NCBI GenBank assembly: GCA_964057225.1
Contig: OZ059896.1
Coordinates: 19,034,001 to 19,098,000, forward strand
Length of the DNA stretch: 64,000 bases
Direction of reading: 5' to 3'
From: Auanema rhodensis
Lineage: Eukaryota; Animalia; Nematoda
Within the stretch, counting starts at the first letter, position 1. Each line of letters opens with the position of its first letter. The position numbers and the translations under genes are program-made. The notes under the pieces are model-generated. The model was given only the letters and a program-made list of their open reading frames with translations. It made no database searches and was not told where the DNA came from. Shown in pieces: positions 21,901 through 36,434 of the stretch.

Positions 21901-24900
21901 GTTATTCAACAAAAAAATTAATTCTTCAGGGTGAAAATCGAGGATATAAGTGTGAACTTATATCAGTTGATATCTCGGTGCATTTTTAAGCTAGCGCAAA
22001 TCTGATAACACAGATCGACGCAGCTTAAAAATCCGCATCGAATGCACTATACTACATTGAGAAACGCTTAATACAAAAATTAGTTATGATCGTTTGAAAA
22101 ATGATGCATTAGTGTATGTTGAGTTTCCATGTACACTCAACATTGCTTCCAAAAACATTTCGACAAAAATTTTTTCGAAAAATTTCAAGATAATTTAGCA
22201 AAAAGTAGATGTTTTTAGATTTCTTTTTTCAAGGCAAAGACGATGGACAATGTTATTCAACAAAAAAATTAATTCTTCAGGGTGAAAATCGAGGATATAA
22301 GTGTGAACTTATATCAGTTGATATCTCGGTGCATTTTTAAGCTAGCGCAAATCTGATAACACAGATCGACGCAGCTTAAAAATCCGCATCGAATGCACTA
22401 TACTACATTGAGAAACGCTTAATACAAAAATTAGTTATGATCGTTTGAAAAATGATGCATTAGTGTATGTTGAGTTTCCATGTACACTCAACATTGCTTC
22501 CAAAAACATTTCGACAAAAATTTTTTCGAAAAATTTCAAGATAATTTAGCAAAAAGTAGATGTTTTTAGATTCCTTTTTTCAAGGCAAAGACGATGGACA
22601 ATGTTATTCAACAAAAAAATTGATTCTTCAGGGTGAAAATCGAGGATATAAGTGTGAACTTATATCAGTTGATATCTCGGTGCATTTTTAAGCTAGCGCA
22701 AATCTGATAACACAGATCGACGCAGCTTAAAAATCCGCATCGAATGCACTATACTACATTGAGAAACGCTTAATACAAAAATTAGTTATGATCGTTTGAA
22801 AAATGATGCATTAGTGTATGTTGAGTTTCCATGTACACTCAACATTGCTTCCAAAAACATTTCGACAAAAATTTTTTCGAAAAATTTCAAGATAATTTAG
22901 CAAAAAGTAGATGTTTTTAGATTCCTTTTTTCAAGGCAAAGACGATGGACAATGTTATTCAACAAAAAAATTAATTCTTCAGGGTGAAAATCGAGGATAT
23001 AAGTGTGAACTTATATCAGTTGATATCTCGGTGCATTTTTAAGCTAGCGCAAATCTGATAACACAGATCGACGCAGCTTAAAAATCCGCATCGAATGCAC
23101 TATACTACATTGAGAAACGCTTAATACAAAAATTAGTTATGATCGTTTGAAAAATGATGCATTAGTGTATGTTGAGTTTCCATGTACACTCAACATTGCT
23201 TCCAAAAACATTTTGACAAAAATTTTTTCGAAAAATTTCAAAATAATTTAGCAAAAAGTAGATGTTTTTAGATTCATTTTTTCAAGGCAAAGACGATGGA
23301 CAATGTTATTCAACAAAAAAATTAGTTCTTCAGGGTGAAAATCGAGTATATAAGTGTGAACTTATATCAGTTGATATCTCGGTGCATTTTTAAGCTAGCG
23401 CAAATCTCATAACACAGATCGACGCAGCTTAAAAATCCGCATCGAATGCACTATACTACATTGAGAAACGCTTAATACAAAAATTAGTTATGATCGTTTG
23501 AAAAATGATGCATTAGTGTATGTTGAGTTTCCATGTACACTCAACATTGCTTCCAAAAACATTTCGACAAAAATTTTTTCGAAAAATTTCAAGATAATTT
23601 AGCAAAAAGTAGATGTTTTTAGATTCCTTTTTTCAAGGCAAAGACGATGGACAATGTTATTCAACAAAAAAATTAATTCTTCAGGGTGAAAATCGAGGAT
23701 ATAAGTGTGAACTTATATCAGTTGATATCTCGGTGCATTTTTAAGCTAGCGCAAATCTGATAACACAGATCGACGCAGCTTAAAAATCCGCATCGAATGC
23801 ACTATACTACATTGAGAAACGCTTAATACAAAAATTAGTTATGATTGTTTGAAAAATGATGCATTAGTGTATGTTGAGTTTCCATGTACACTCAACATTG
23901 CTTCCAAAAACATTTTGACAAAAATTTTTTCGAAAAATTTCAAAATAATTTAGCAAAAAGTAGATGTTTTTAGATTCCTTTTTTCAAGGCAAAGACGATG
24001 GACAATGTTATTCAACGAAAAAATTAATTCTTCAGGGTGAAAATCGAGGATATAAGTGTGAACTTATATCAGTTGATATCTCGGTGCATTTTTAAGCTAG
24101 CGCAAATCTGATAACACAGATCGACGCAGCTTAAAAATCCGCATCGAATGCACTATACTACATTGAGAAACGCTTAATACAAAAATTAGTTATGATCGTT
24201 TGAAAAATGATGCATTAGTGTATGTTGAGTTTCCATGTACACTCAACATTGCTTCCAAAAACATTTTGACAAAAATTTTTTCGAAAAATTTCAAAATAAT
24301 TTAGCAAAAAGTAGATGTTTTTAGATTCCTTTTTTCAAGGCAAAGACGATGGACAATGTTATTCAACGAAAAAATTAATTCTTCAGGGTGAAAATCGAGG
24401 ATATAAGTGTGAACTTATATCAGTTGATATCTCGGTGCATTTTTAAGCTAGCGCAAATCTGATAACACAGATCGACGCAGCTTAAAAATCCGCATCGAAT
24501 GCACTATACTACATTGAGAAACGCTTAATACAAAAATTAGTTATGATCGTTTGAAAAATGATGCATTAGTGTATGTTGAGTTTCCATGTACACTCAACAT
24601 TGCTTCCAAAAACATTTCGACAAAAATTTTTTCGAAAAATTTCAAGATAATTTAGCAAAAAGTAGATGTTTTTAGATTCCTTTTTTCAAGGCAAAGACGA
24701 TGGACAATGTTATTCAACAAAAAAATTAATTCTTCAGGGTGAAAATCGAGGATATAAGTGTGAACTTATATCAGTTGATATCTCGGTGCATTTTTAAGCT
24801 AGCGCAAATCTGATAACACAGATCGACGCAGCTTAAAAATCCGCATCGAATGCACTATACTACATTGAGAAACGCTTAATACAAAAATTAGTTATGATCG

Positions 24901-27900
24901 TTTGAAAAATGATGCATTAGTGTATGTTGAGTTTCCATGTACACTCAACATTGCTTCCAAAAACATTTCGACAAAAATTTTTTCGAAAAATTTCAAGATA
25001 ATTTAGCAAAAAGTAGATGTTTTTAGATTTCTTTTTTCAAGGCAAAGACGATGGACAATGTTATTCAACAAAAAAATTAATTCTTCAGGGTGAAAATCGA
25101 GGATATAAGTGTGAACTTATATCAGTTGATATCTCGGTGCATTTTTAAGCTAGCGCAAATCTGATAACACAGATCGACGCAGCTTAAAAATCCGCATCGA
25201 ATGCACTATACTACATTGAGAAACGCTTAATACAAAAATTAGTTATGATCGTTTGAAAAATGATGCATTAGTGTATGTTGAGTTTCCATGTACACTCAAC
25301 ATTGCTTCCAAAAACATTTCGACAAAAATTTTTTCGAAAAATTTCAAGATAATTTAGCAAAAAGTAGATGTTTTTAGATTCCTTTTTTCAAGGCAAAGAC
25401 GATGGACAATGTTATTCAACAAAAAAATTAATTCTTCAGGGTGAAAATCGAGGATATAAGTGTGAACTTATATCAGTTGATATCTCGGTGCATTTTTAAG
25501 CTAGCGCAAATCTGATAACACAGATCGACGCAGCTTAAAAATCCGCATCGAATGCACTATACTACATTGAGAAACGCTTAATACAAAAATTAGTTATGAT
25601 CGTTTGAAAAATGATGCATTAGTGTATGTTGAGTTTCCATGTACACTCAACATTGCTTCCAAAAACATTTTGACAAAAATTTTTTCGAAAAATTTCAAAA
25701 TAATTTAGCAAAAAGTAGATGTTTTTAGATTCATTTTTTCAAGGCAAAGACGATGGACAATGTTATTCAACAAAAAAATTAGTTCTTCAGGGTGAAAATC
25801 GAGTATATAAGTGTGAACTTATATCAGTTGATATCTCGGTGCATTTTTAAGCTAGCGCAAATCTCATAACACAGATCGACGCAGCTTAAAAATCCGCATC
25901 GAATGCACTATACTACATTGAGAAACGCTTAATACAAAAATTAGTTATGATCGTTTGAAAAATGATGCATTAGTGTATGTTGAGTTTCCATGTACACTCA
26001 ACATTGCTTCCAAAAACATTTCGACAAAAATTTTTTCGAAAAATTTCAAGATAATTTAGCAAAAAGTAGATGTTTTTAGATTCCTTTTTTCAAGGCAAAG
26101 ACGATGGACAATGTTATTCAACAAAAAAATTAATTCTTCAGGGTGAAAATCGAGGATATAAGTGTGAACTTATATCAGTTGATATCTCGGTGCATTTTTA
26201 AGCTAGCGCAAATCTGATAACACAGATCGACGCAGCTTAAAAATCCGCATCGAATGCACTATACTACATTGAGAAACGCTTAATACAAAAATTAGTTATG
26301 ATCGTTTGAAAAATGATGCATTAGTGTATGTTGAGTTTCCATGTACACTCAACATTGCTTCCAAAAACATTTCGACAAAAATTTTTTCGAAAAATTTCAA
26401 GATAATTTAGCAAAAAGTAGATGTTTTTAGATTCCTTTTTTCAAGGCAAAGACGATGGACAATGTTATTCAACAAAAAAATTAATTCTTCAGGGTGAAAA
26501 TCGAGGATATAAGTGTGAACTTATATCAGTTGATATCTCGGTGCATTTTTAAGCTAGCGCAAATCTGATAACACAGATCGACGCAGCTTAAAAATCCGCA
26601 TCGAATGCACTATACTACATTGAGAAACGCTTAATACAAAAATTAGTTATGATCGTTTGAAAAATGATGCATTAGTGTATGTTGAGTTTCCATGTACACT
26701 CAACATTGCTTCCAAAAACATTTTGACAAAAATTTTTTCGAAAATTTTCAGAATAATTTAGCAAAAAGTAGATGTTTTCAGATTCCTTTTTTCAAGGCAA
26801 AGACGATGGACAATGTTATTCAACGAAAAAATTAATTCTTCAGGGTGAAAATCGAGGATATAAGTGTGAACTTATATCAGTTGATATCTCGGTGCATTTT
26901 TAAGCTAGCGCAAATCTCATAACACAGATCGACGCAGCTTAAAAATCCGCATCGAATGCACTATACTACATTGAGAAACGCTTAATACAAAAATTAGTTA
27001 TGATCGTTTGAAAAATGATGCATTAGTGTATGTTGAGTTTCCATGTACACTCAACATTGCTTCCAAAAACATTTTGACAAAAATTTTTTCGAAAATTTTC
27101 AGAATAATTTAGCAAAAAGTAGATGTTTTCAGATTCCTTTTTTCAAGGCAAAGACGATGGACAATGTTATTCAACGAAAAAATTAATTCTTCAGGGTGAA
27201 AATCGAGGATATAAGTGTGAACTTATATCAGTTGATATCTCGGTGCATTTTTAAGCTAGCGCAAATCTGATAACACAGATCGACGCAGTTTAAAAATCCG
27301 CATCGAATGCACTATACTACATTGAGAAACGCTTAATACAAGAATTAGTTATGATCGTTTGAAAAATGATGCATTAGTGTATGTTGAGTTTCCATGTACA
27401 CTCAACATTGCTTCCAAAAACATTTTGACAAAAATTTTTTCGAAAAATTTCAAAATAATTTAGCAAAAAGTAGATGTTTTTAGATTCCTTTTTTCAAGGC
27501 AAAGACGATGGACAATGTTATTCAACAAAAAAATTAATTCTTCAGGGTGAAAATCGAGGATATAAGTGTGAACTTATATCAGTTGATATCTCGGTGCATT
27601 TTTAAGCTAGCGCAAATCTGATAACACAGATCGACGCAGCTTAAAAATCCGCATCGAATGCACTATACTACATTGAAAAACGCTTAATACAAAAATTAGT
27701 TATGATCGTTTGAAAAATGATGCATTAGTGTATGTTGAGTTTCCATGTACACTCAACATTGCTTCCAAAAACATTTCGACAAAAATTTTTTCGAAAAATT
27801 TCAAGATAATTTAGCAAAAAGTAGATGTTTTTAGATTCCTTTTTTCAAGGCAAAGACGATGGACAATGTTATTCAACAAAAAAATTAATTCTTCAGGGTG

Positions 27901-30467
27901 AAAATCGAGGATATAAGTGTGAACTTATATCAGTTGATATCTCGGTGCATTTTTAAGCTAGCGCAAATCTGATAACACAGATGGACGCAGCTTAAAAATC
28001 CGCATCGAATGCACTATACTACATTGAGAAACGCTTAATACAAAAATTAGTTATGATCGTTTGAAAAATGATGCATTAGTGTATGTTGAGTTTCCATGTA
28101 CACTCAACATTGCTTCCAAAAACATTTTGACAAAAATTTTTTCGAAAAATTTCAAAATAATTTAGCAAAAAGTAGATGTTTTTAGATTCCTTTTTTCAAG
28201 GCAAAGACGATGGACAATGTTATTCAACAAAAAAATTAGTTCTTCAGGGTGAAAATCGAGTATATAAGTGTGAACTTATATCAGTTGATATCTCGGTGCA
28301 TTTTTAAGCTAGCGCAAATCTCATAACACAGATCGACGCAGCTTAAAAATCCGCATCGAATGCACTATACTACATTGAGAAACGCTTAATACAAAAATTA
28401 GTTATGATCGTTTGAAAAATGATGCATTAGTGTATGTTGAGTTTCCATGTACACTCAACATTGCTTCCAAAAACATTTTGACAAAAATTTTTTCGAAAAT
28501 TTTCAGAATAATTTAGCAAAAAGTAGATGTTTTCAGATTCCTTTTTTCAAGGCAAAGACGATGGACAATGTTATTCAACGAAAAAATTAATTCTTCAGGG
28601 TGAAAATCGAGGATATAAGTGTGAACTTATATCAGTTGATATCTCGGTGCATTTTTAAGCTAGCGCAAATCTCATAACACAGATCGACGCAGCTTAAAAA
28701 TCCGCATCGAATGCACTACACTACATTGAGAAACGCTTAATACAAAAATTAGTTATGATCGTTTGAAAAATGATGCATTAGTGTATGTTGAGTTTCCATG
28801 TACACTCAACATTGCTTCCAAAAACATTTTGACAAAAATTTTTTCGAAAATTTTCAGAATAATTTAGCAAAAAGTAGATGTTTTCAGATTCCTTTTTTCA
28901 AGGCAAAGACGATGGACAATGTTATTCAACGAAAAAATTAATTCTTCAGGGTGAAAATCGAGGATATAAGTGTGAACTTATATCAGTTGATATCTCGGTG
29001 CATTTTTAAGCTAGCGCAAATCTGATAACACAGATCGACGCAGCTTAAAAATCCGCATCGAATGCACTATACTACATTGAGAAACGCTTAATACAAAAAT
29101 TAGTTATGATCGTTTGAAAAATGATGCATTAGTGTATGTTGAGTTTCCATGTACACTCAACATTGCTTCCAAAAACATTTTGACAAAAATTTTTTCGAAA
29201 AATTTCAAAATAATTTAGCAAAAAGTAGATGTTTTTAGATTCCTTTTTTCAAGGCAAAGACGATGAACAATGTTATTCAACGAAAAAATTAATTCTTCAG
29301 GGTGAAAATCGAGGATATAAGTGTGAACTTATATCAGTTGATATATCGGTGCATTTTTAAGCTAGCGCAAATCTCATAACACAGATCGACGCAGCTTAAA
29401 AATCCGCATCGAATGCACTATACTACATTGAGAAACGCTTAATACAAAAATTAGTTATGATCGTTTGAAAAATGATGCATTAGTGTATGTTGAGTTTCCA
29501 TGTACACTCAACATTGCTTCCAAAAACATTTCGACAAAAATTTTTTCGAAAAATTTCAAGATAATTTAGCAAAAAGTAGATGTTTTTAGATTCCTTTTTT
29601 CAAGGCAAAGACGATGGACAATGTTATTCAACAAAAAAATTAATTCTTCAGGGTGAAAATCGAGGATATAAGTGTGAACTTATATCAGTTGATATCTCGG
29701 TGCATTTTCAAGCTAGCGCAAATCTGATAACACAGATCGACGCAGCTTAAAAATCCGCATCGAATGCACTATATTACATTGAGAAACGCTTAATACAAAA
29801 ATTAGTTATGATCGTTTGAAAAATGATGCATTAGTGTATGTTGAGTTTCCATGTACACTCAACATTGCTTCCAAAAACATTTTGACAAAAATTTTTTCGA
29901 AAAATTTCAAAATAATTTTGCAAAAAGTAGATGTTTTTAGATTCCTTTTTTCAAGGCAAAGACGATGGACAATGTTATTCAACAAAAAAATTAGTTCTTC
30001 AGGGTGAAAATCGAGTATATAAGTGTGAACTTATATCAGTTGATATCTCGGTGCATTTTTAAGCTAGCGCAAATCTCATAACACAGATCGACGCAGCTTA
30101 AAAATCCGCATCGAATGCACTATACTACATTGAGAAACGCTTAATACAAAAATTAGTTATGATCGTTTGAAAAATGATGCATTAGTGTATGTTGAGTTTC
30201 CATGTACACTCAACATTGCTTCCAAAAACATTTTGACAAAAATTTTTTCGAAAAATTTCAAAATAATTTAGCAAAAAGTAGATGTTTTTAGATTCCTTTT
30301 TTCAAGGCAAAGACGATGGACAATGTTATTCAACGAAAAAATTAATTCTTCAGGGTGAAAATCGAGGATATAAGTGTGAACTTATATCAGTTGATATCTC
30401 GGTGCATTTTTAAGCTAGCGCAAATCTGATAACACAGATCGACGCAGCTTAAAAATCCGCATCGAAT

Positions 30468-33400
30468 GCACTATACTACATTGAGAAACGCTTAATACAA
30501 AAATTAGTTATGATTGTTTGAAAAATGATGCATTAGTGTATGTTGAGTTTCCATGTACACTCAACATTGCTTCCAAAAACATTTTGACAAAAATTTTTTC
30601 GAAAAATTTCAAAATAATTTAGCAAAAAGTAGATGTTTTTAGATTCCTTTTTTCAAGGCAAAGACGATGGACAATGTTATTCAACAAAAAAATTAGTTCT
30701 TCAGGGTGAAAATCGAGTATATAAGTGTGAACTTATATCAGTTGATATCTCGGTGCATTTTTAAGCTAGCGCAAATCTCATAACACAGATCGACGCAGCT
30801 TAAAAATCCGCATCGAATGCACTATACTACATTGAGAAACGCTTAATACAAAAATTAGATATGATCGTTTGAAAAATGATGCATTAGTGTATGTTGAGTT
30901 TCCATGTACACTCAACATTGCTTCCAAAAACATTTTGACAAAAATTTTTTCGAAAAATTTCAAAATAATTTTGCAAAAAGTAGATGTTTTTAGATTCCTT
31001 TTTTCAAGGCAAAGACGATGGACAATGTTATTCAACAAAAAAATTAGTTCTTCAGGGTGAAAATCGAGTATATAAGTGTGAACTTATATCAGTTGATATC
31101 TCGGTGCATTTTTAAGCTAGCGCAAATCTCATAACACAGATCGACGCAGCTTAAAAATCCGCATCGAATGCACTATACTACATTGAGAAACGCTTAATAC
31201 AAAAATTAGTTATGATCGTTTGAAAAATGATGCATTAGTGTATGTTGAGTTTCCATGTACACTCAACATTGCTTCCAAAAACATTTTGACAAAAATTTTT
31301 TCGAAAAATTTCAAAATAATTTAGCAAAAAGTAGATGTTTTTAGATTCCTTTTTTCAAGGCAAAGACGATGGACAATGTTATTCAACGAAAAAATTAATT
31401 CTTCAGGGTGAAAATCGAGGATATAAGTGTGAACTTATATCAGTTGATATCTCGGTGCATTTTTAAGCTAGCGCAAATCTGATAACACAGATCGACGCAG
31501 CTTAAAAATCCGCATCGAATGCACTATACTACATTGAGAAACGCTTAATACAAAAATTAGTTATGATTGTTTGAAAAATGATGCATTAGTGTATGTTGAG
31601 TTTCCATGTACACTCAACATTGCTTCCAAAAACATTTTGACAAAAATTTTTTCGAAAAATTTCAAAATAATTTAGCAAAAAGTAGATGTTTTTAGATTCC
31701 TTTTTTCAAGGCAAAGACGATGGACAATGTTATTCAACAAAAAAATTAGTTCTTCAGGGTGAAAATCGAGTATATAAGTGTGAACTTATATCAGTTGATA
31801 TCTCGGTGCATTTTTAAGCTAGCGCAAATCTCATAACACAGATCGACGCAGCTTAAAAATCCGCATCGAATGCACTATACTACATTGAGAAACGCTTAAT
31901 ACAAAAATTAGTTATGATCGTTTGAAAAATGATGCATTAGTGTATGTTGAGTTTCCATGTACACTCAACATTGCTTCCAAAAACATTTTGACAAAAATTT
32001 TTTCGAAAAATTTCAAAATAATTTAGCAAAATGTAGATGTTTTTAGATTCCTTTTTTCAAGGCAAAGACGATGGACAATGTTATTCAACAAAAAAATTAG
32101 TTCTTCAGGGTGAAAATCGAGTATATAAGTGTGAACTTATATCAGTTGATATCTCGGTGCATTTTTAAGCTAGCGCAAATCTCATAACACAGATCGACGC
32201 AGCTTAAAAATCCGCATCGAATGCACTATACTACATTGAGAAACGCTTAATACAAAAATTAGTTATGATTGTTTGAAAAATGATGCATTAGTGTATGTTG
32301 AGTTTCCATGTACACTCAACATTGCTTCCAAAAACATTTTGACAAAAATTTTTTCGAAAAATTTCAAAATAATTTAGCAAAATGTAGATGTTTTTAGATT
32401 CCTTTTTTCAAGGCAAAGACGATGGACAATGTTATTCAACGAAAAAATTAATTCTTCAGGGTGAAAATCGAGGATATAAGTGTGAACTTATATCAGTTGA
32501 TATCTCGGTGCATTTTTAAGCTAGCGCAAATCTGATAACACAGATCGACGCAGTTTAAAAATCCGCATCGAATGCACTATACTACATTGAGAAACGCTTA
32601 ATACAAGAATTAGTTATGATCGTTTGAAAAATGATGCATTAGTGTATGTTGAGTTTCCATGTACACTCAACATTGCTTCCAAAAACATTTTGACAAAAAT
32701 TTTTTCGAAAAATTTCAAAATAATTTAGCAAAAAGTAGATGTTTTTAGATTCCTTTTTTCAAGGCAAAGACGATGGACAATGTTATTCAACGAAAAAATT
32801 AATTCTTTAGGGTGAAAATCGAGGATATAAGTGTGAACTTATATCAGTTGATATCTCGGTGCATTTTTAAGCTAGCGCAAATCTGATAACACAGATCGAC
32901 GCAGCTTAAAAATCCGCATCGAATGCACTATACTACATTGAGAAACGCTTAATACAAAAATTAGTTATGATTGTTTGAAAAATGATGCATTAGTGTATGT
33001 TGAGTTTCCATGTACACTCAACATTGCTTCCAAAAACATTTTGACAAAAATTTTTTCGAAAAATTTCAAAATAATTTAGCAAAAAGTAGATGTTTTTAGA
33101 TTCCTTTTTTCAAGGCAAAGACGATGGACAATGTTATTCAACAAAAAAATTAGTTCTTCAGGGTGAAAATCGAGTATATAAGTGTGAACTTATATCAGTT
33201 GATATCTCGGTGCATTTTTAAGCTAGCGCAAATCTCATAACACAGATCGACGCAGCTTAAAAATCCGCATCGAATGCACTATACTACATTGAGAAACGCT
33301 TAATACAAAAATTAGATATGATCGTTTGAAAAATGATGCATTAGTGTATGTTGAGTTTCCATGTACACTCAACATTGCTTCCAAAAACATTTTGACAAAA

Positions 33401-34679
33401 ATTTTTTCGAAAAATTTCAAAATAATTTTGCAAAAAGTAGATGTTTTTAGATTCCTTTTTTCAAGGCAAAGACGATGGACAATGTTATTCAACAAAAAAA
33501 TTAGTTCTTCAGGGTGAAAATCGAGTATATAAGTGTGAACTTATATCAGTTGATATCTCGGTGCATTTTTAAGCTAGCGCAAATCTCATAACACAGATCG
33601 ACGCAGCTTAAAAATCCGCATCGAATGCACTATACTACATTGAGAAACGCTTAATACAAAAATTAGTTATGATCGTTTGAAAAATGATGCATTAGTGTAT
33701 GTTGAGTTTCCATGTACACTCAACATTGCTTCCAAAAACATTTTGACAAAAATTTTTTCGAAAAATTTCAAAATAATTTAGCAAAAAGTAGATGTTTTTA
33801 GATTCCTTTTTTCAAGGCAAAGACGATGGACAATGTTATTCAACGAAAAAATTAATTCTTCAGGGTGAAAATCGAGGATATAAGTGTGAACTTATATCAG
33901 TTGATATCTCGGTGCATTTTTAAGCTAGCGCAAATCTGATAACACAGATCGACGCAGCTTAAAAATCCGCATCGAATGCACTATACTACATTGAGAAACG
34001 CCTAATACAAAAATTAGTTATGATTGTTTGAAAAATGATGCATTAGTGTATGTTGAGTTTCCATGTACACTCAACATTGCTTCCAAAAACATTTTGACAA
34101 AAATTTTTTCGAAAAATTTCAAAATAATTTAGCAAAAAGTAGATGTTTTTAGATTCCTTTTTTCAAGGCAAAGACGATGGACAATGTTATTCAACAAAAA
34201 AATTAGTTCTTCAGGGTGAAAATCGAGTATATAAGTGTGAACTTATATCAGTTGATATCTCGGTGCATTTTTAAGCTAGCGCAAATCTCATAACACAGAT
34301 CGACGCAGCTTAAAAATCCGCATCGAATGCACTATACTACATTGAGAAACGCTTAATACAAAAATTAGTTATGATCGTTTGAAAAATGATGCATTAGTGT
34401 ATGTTGAGTTTCCATGTACACTCAACATTGCTTCCAAAAACATTTTGACAAAAATTTTTTCGAAAAATTTCAAAATAATTTAGCAAAATGTAGATGTTTT
34501 TAGATTCCTTTTTTCAAGGCAAAGACGATGGACAATGTTATTCAACAAAAAAATTAGTTCTTCAGGGTGAAAATCGAGTATATAAGTGTGAACTTATATC
34601 AGTTGATATCTCGGTGCATTTTTAAGCTAGCGCAAATCTCATAACACAGATCGACGCAGCTTAAAAATCCGCATCGAAT
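30468..34679. repeat. Duplicated monomer block with a 7-monomer (2457-bp) offset
   Basis: ATTAGATATG with ATTTTGCAA recurs 2457 bp apart (ORFs at 30869 and 33326). The five monomers at 30468-32222 match 32925-34679. Confidence 0.85.
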
Positions 34680-36434
34680 GCACTATACTACATTGAGAAA
34701 CGCTTAATACAAAAATTAGTTATGATTGTTTGAAAAATGATGCATTAGTGTATGTTGAGTTTCCATGTACACTCAACATTGCTTCCAAAAACATTTTGAC
34801 AAAAATTTTTTCGAAAAATTTCAAAATAATTTAGCAAAAAGTAGATGTTTTTAGATTCCTTTTTTCAAGGCAAAGACGATGGACAATGTTATTCAACGAA
34901 AAAATTAATTCTTTAGGGTGAAAATCGAGGATATAAGTGTGAACTTATATCAGTTGATATCTCGGTGCATTTTTAAGCTAGCGCAAATCTGATAACACAG
35001 ATCGACGCAGCTTAAAAATCCGCATCGAATGCACTATACTACATTGAGAAACGCTTAATACAAGAATTAGTTATGATCGTTTGAAAAATGATGCATTAGT
35101 GTATGTTGAGTTTCCATGTACACTCAACATTGCTTCCAAAAACATTTTGACAAAAATTTTTTCGAAAAATTTCAAAATAATTTAGCAAAATGTAGATGTT
35201 TTTAGATTCCTTTTTTCAAGGCAAAGACGATGGACAATGTTATTCAACAAAAAAATTAGTTCTTCAGGGTGAAAATCGAGTATATAAGTGTGAACTTATA
35301 TCAGTTGATATCTCGGTGCATTTTTAAGCTAGCGCAAATCTCATAACACAGATCGACGCAGCTTAAAAATCCGCATCGAATGCACTATACTACATTGAGA
35401 AACGCTTAATACAAAAATTAGTTATGATTGTTTGAAAAATGATGCATTAGTGTATGTTGAGTTTCCATGTACACTCAACATTGCTTCCAAAAACATTTTG
35501 ACAAAAATTTTTTCGAAAAATTTCAAAATAATTTAGCAAAATGTAGATGTTTTTAGATTCCTTTTTTCAAGGCAAAGACGATGGACAATGTTATTCAACG
35601 AAAAAATTAATTCTTCAGGGTGAAAATCGAGGATATAAGTGTGAACTTATATCAGTTGATATCTCGGTGCATTTTTAAGCTAGCGCAAATCTGATAACAC
35701 AGATCGACGCAGTTTAAAAATCCGCATCGAATGCACTATACTACATTGAGAAACGCTTAATACAAGAATTAGTTATGATCGTTTGAAAAATGATGCATTA
35801 GTGTATGTTGAGTTTCCATGTACACTCAACATTGCTTCCAAAAACATTTTGACAAAAATTTTTTCGAAAAATTTCAAAATAATTTAGCAAAAAGTAGATG
35901 TTTTTAGATTCCTTTTTTCAAGGCAAAGACGATGGACAATGTTATTCAACGAAAAAATTAATTCTTTAGGGTGAAAATCGAGGATATAAGTGTGAACTTA
36001 TATCAGTTGATATCTCGGTGCATTTTTAAGCTAGCGCAAATCTGATAACACAGATCGACGCAGCTTAAAAATCCGCATCGAATGCACTATACTACATTGA
36101 GAAACGCTTAATACAAAAATTAGTTATGATCGTTTGAAAAATGATGCATTAGTGTATGTTGAGTTTCCATGTACACTCAACATTGCTTCCAAAAACATTT
36201 TGACAAAAATTTTTTCGAAAAATTTCAAAATAATTTAGCAAAAAGTAGATGTTTTTAGATTCCTTTTTTCAAGGCAAAGACGATGGACAATGTTATTCAA
36301 CGAAAAAATTAATTCTTTAGGGTGAAAATCGAGGATATAAGTGTGAACTTATATCAGTTGATATCTCGGTGCATTTTTAAGCTAGCGCAAATCTGATAAC
36401 ACAGATCGACGCAGCTTAAAAATCCGCATCGAAT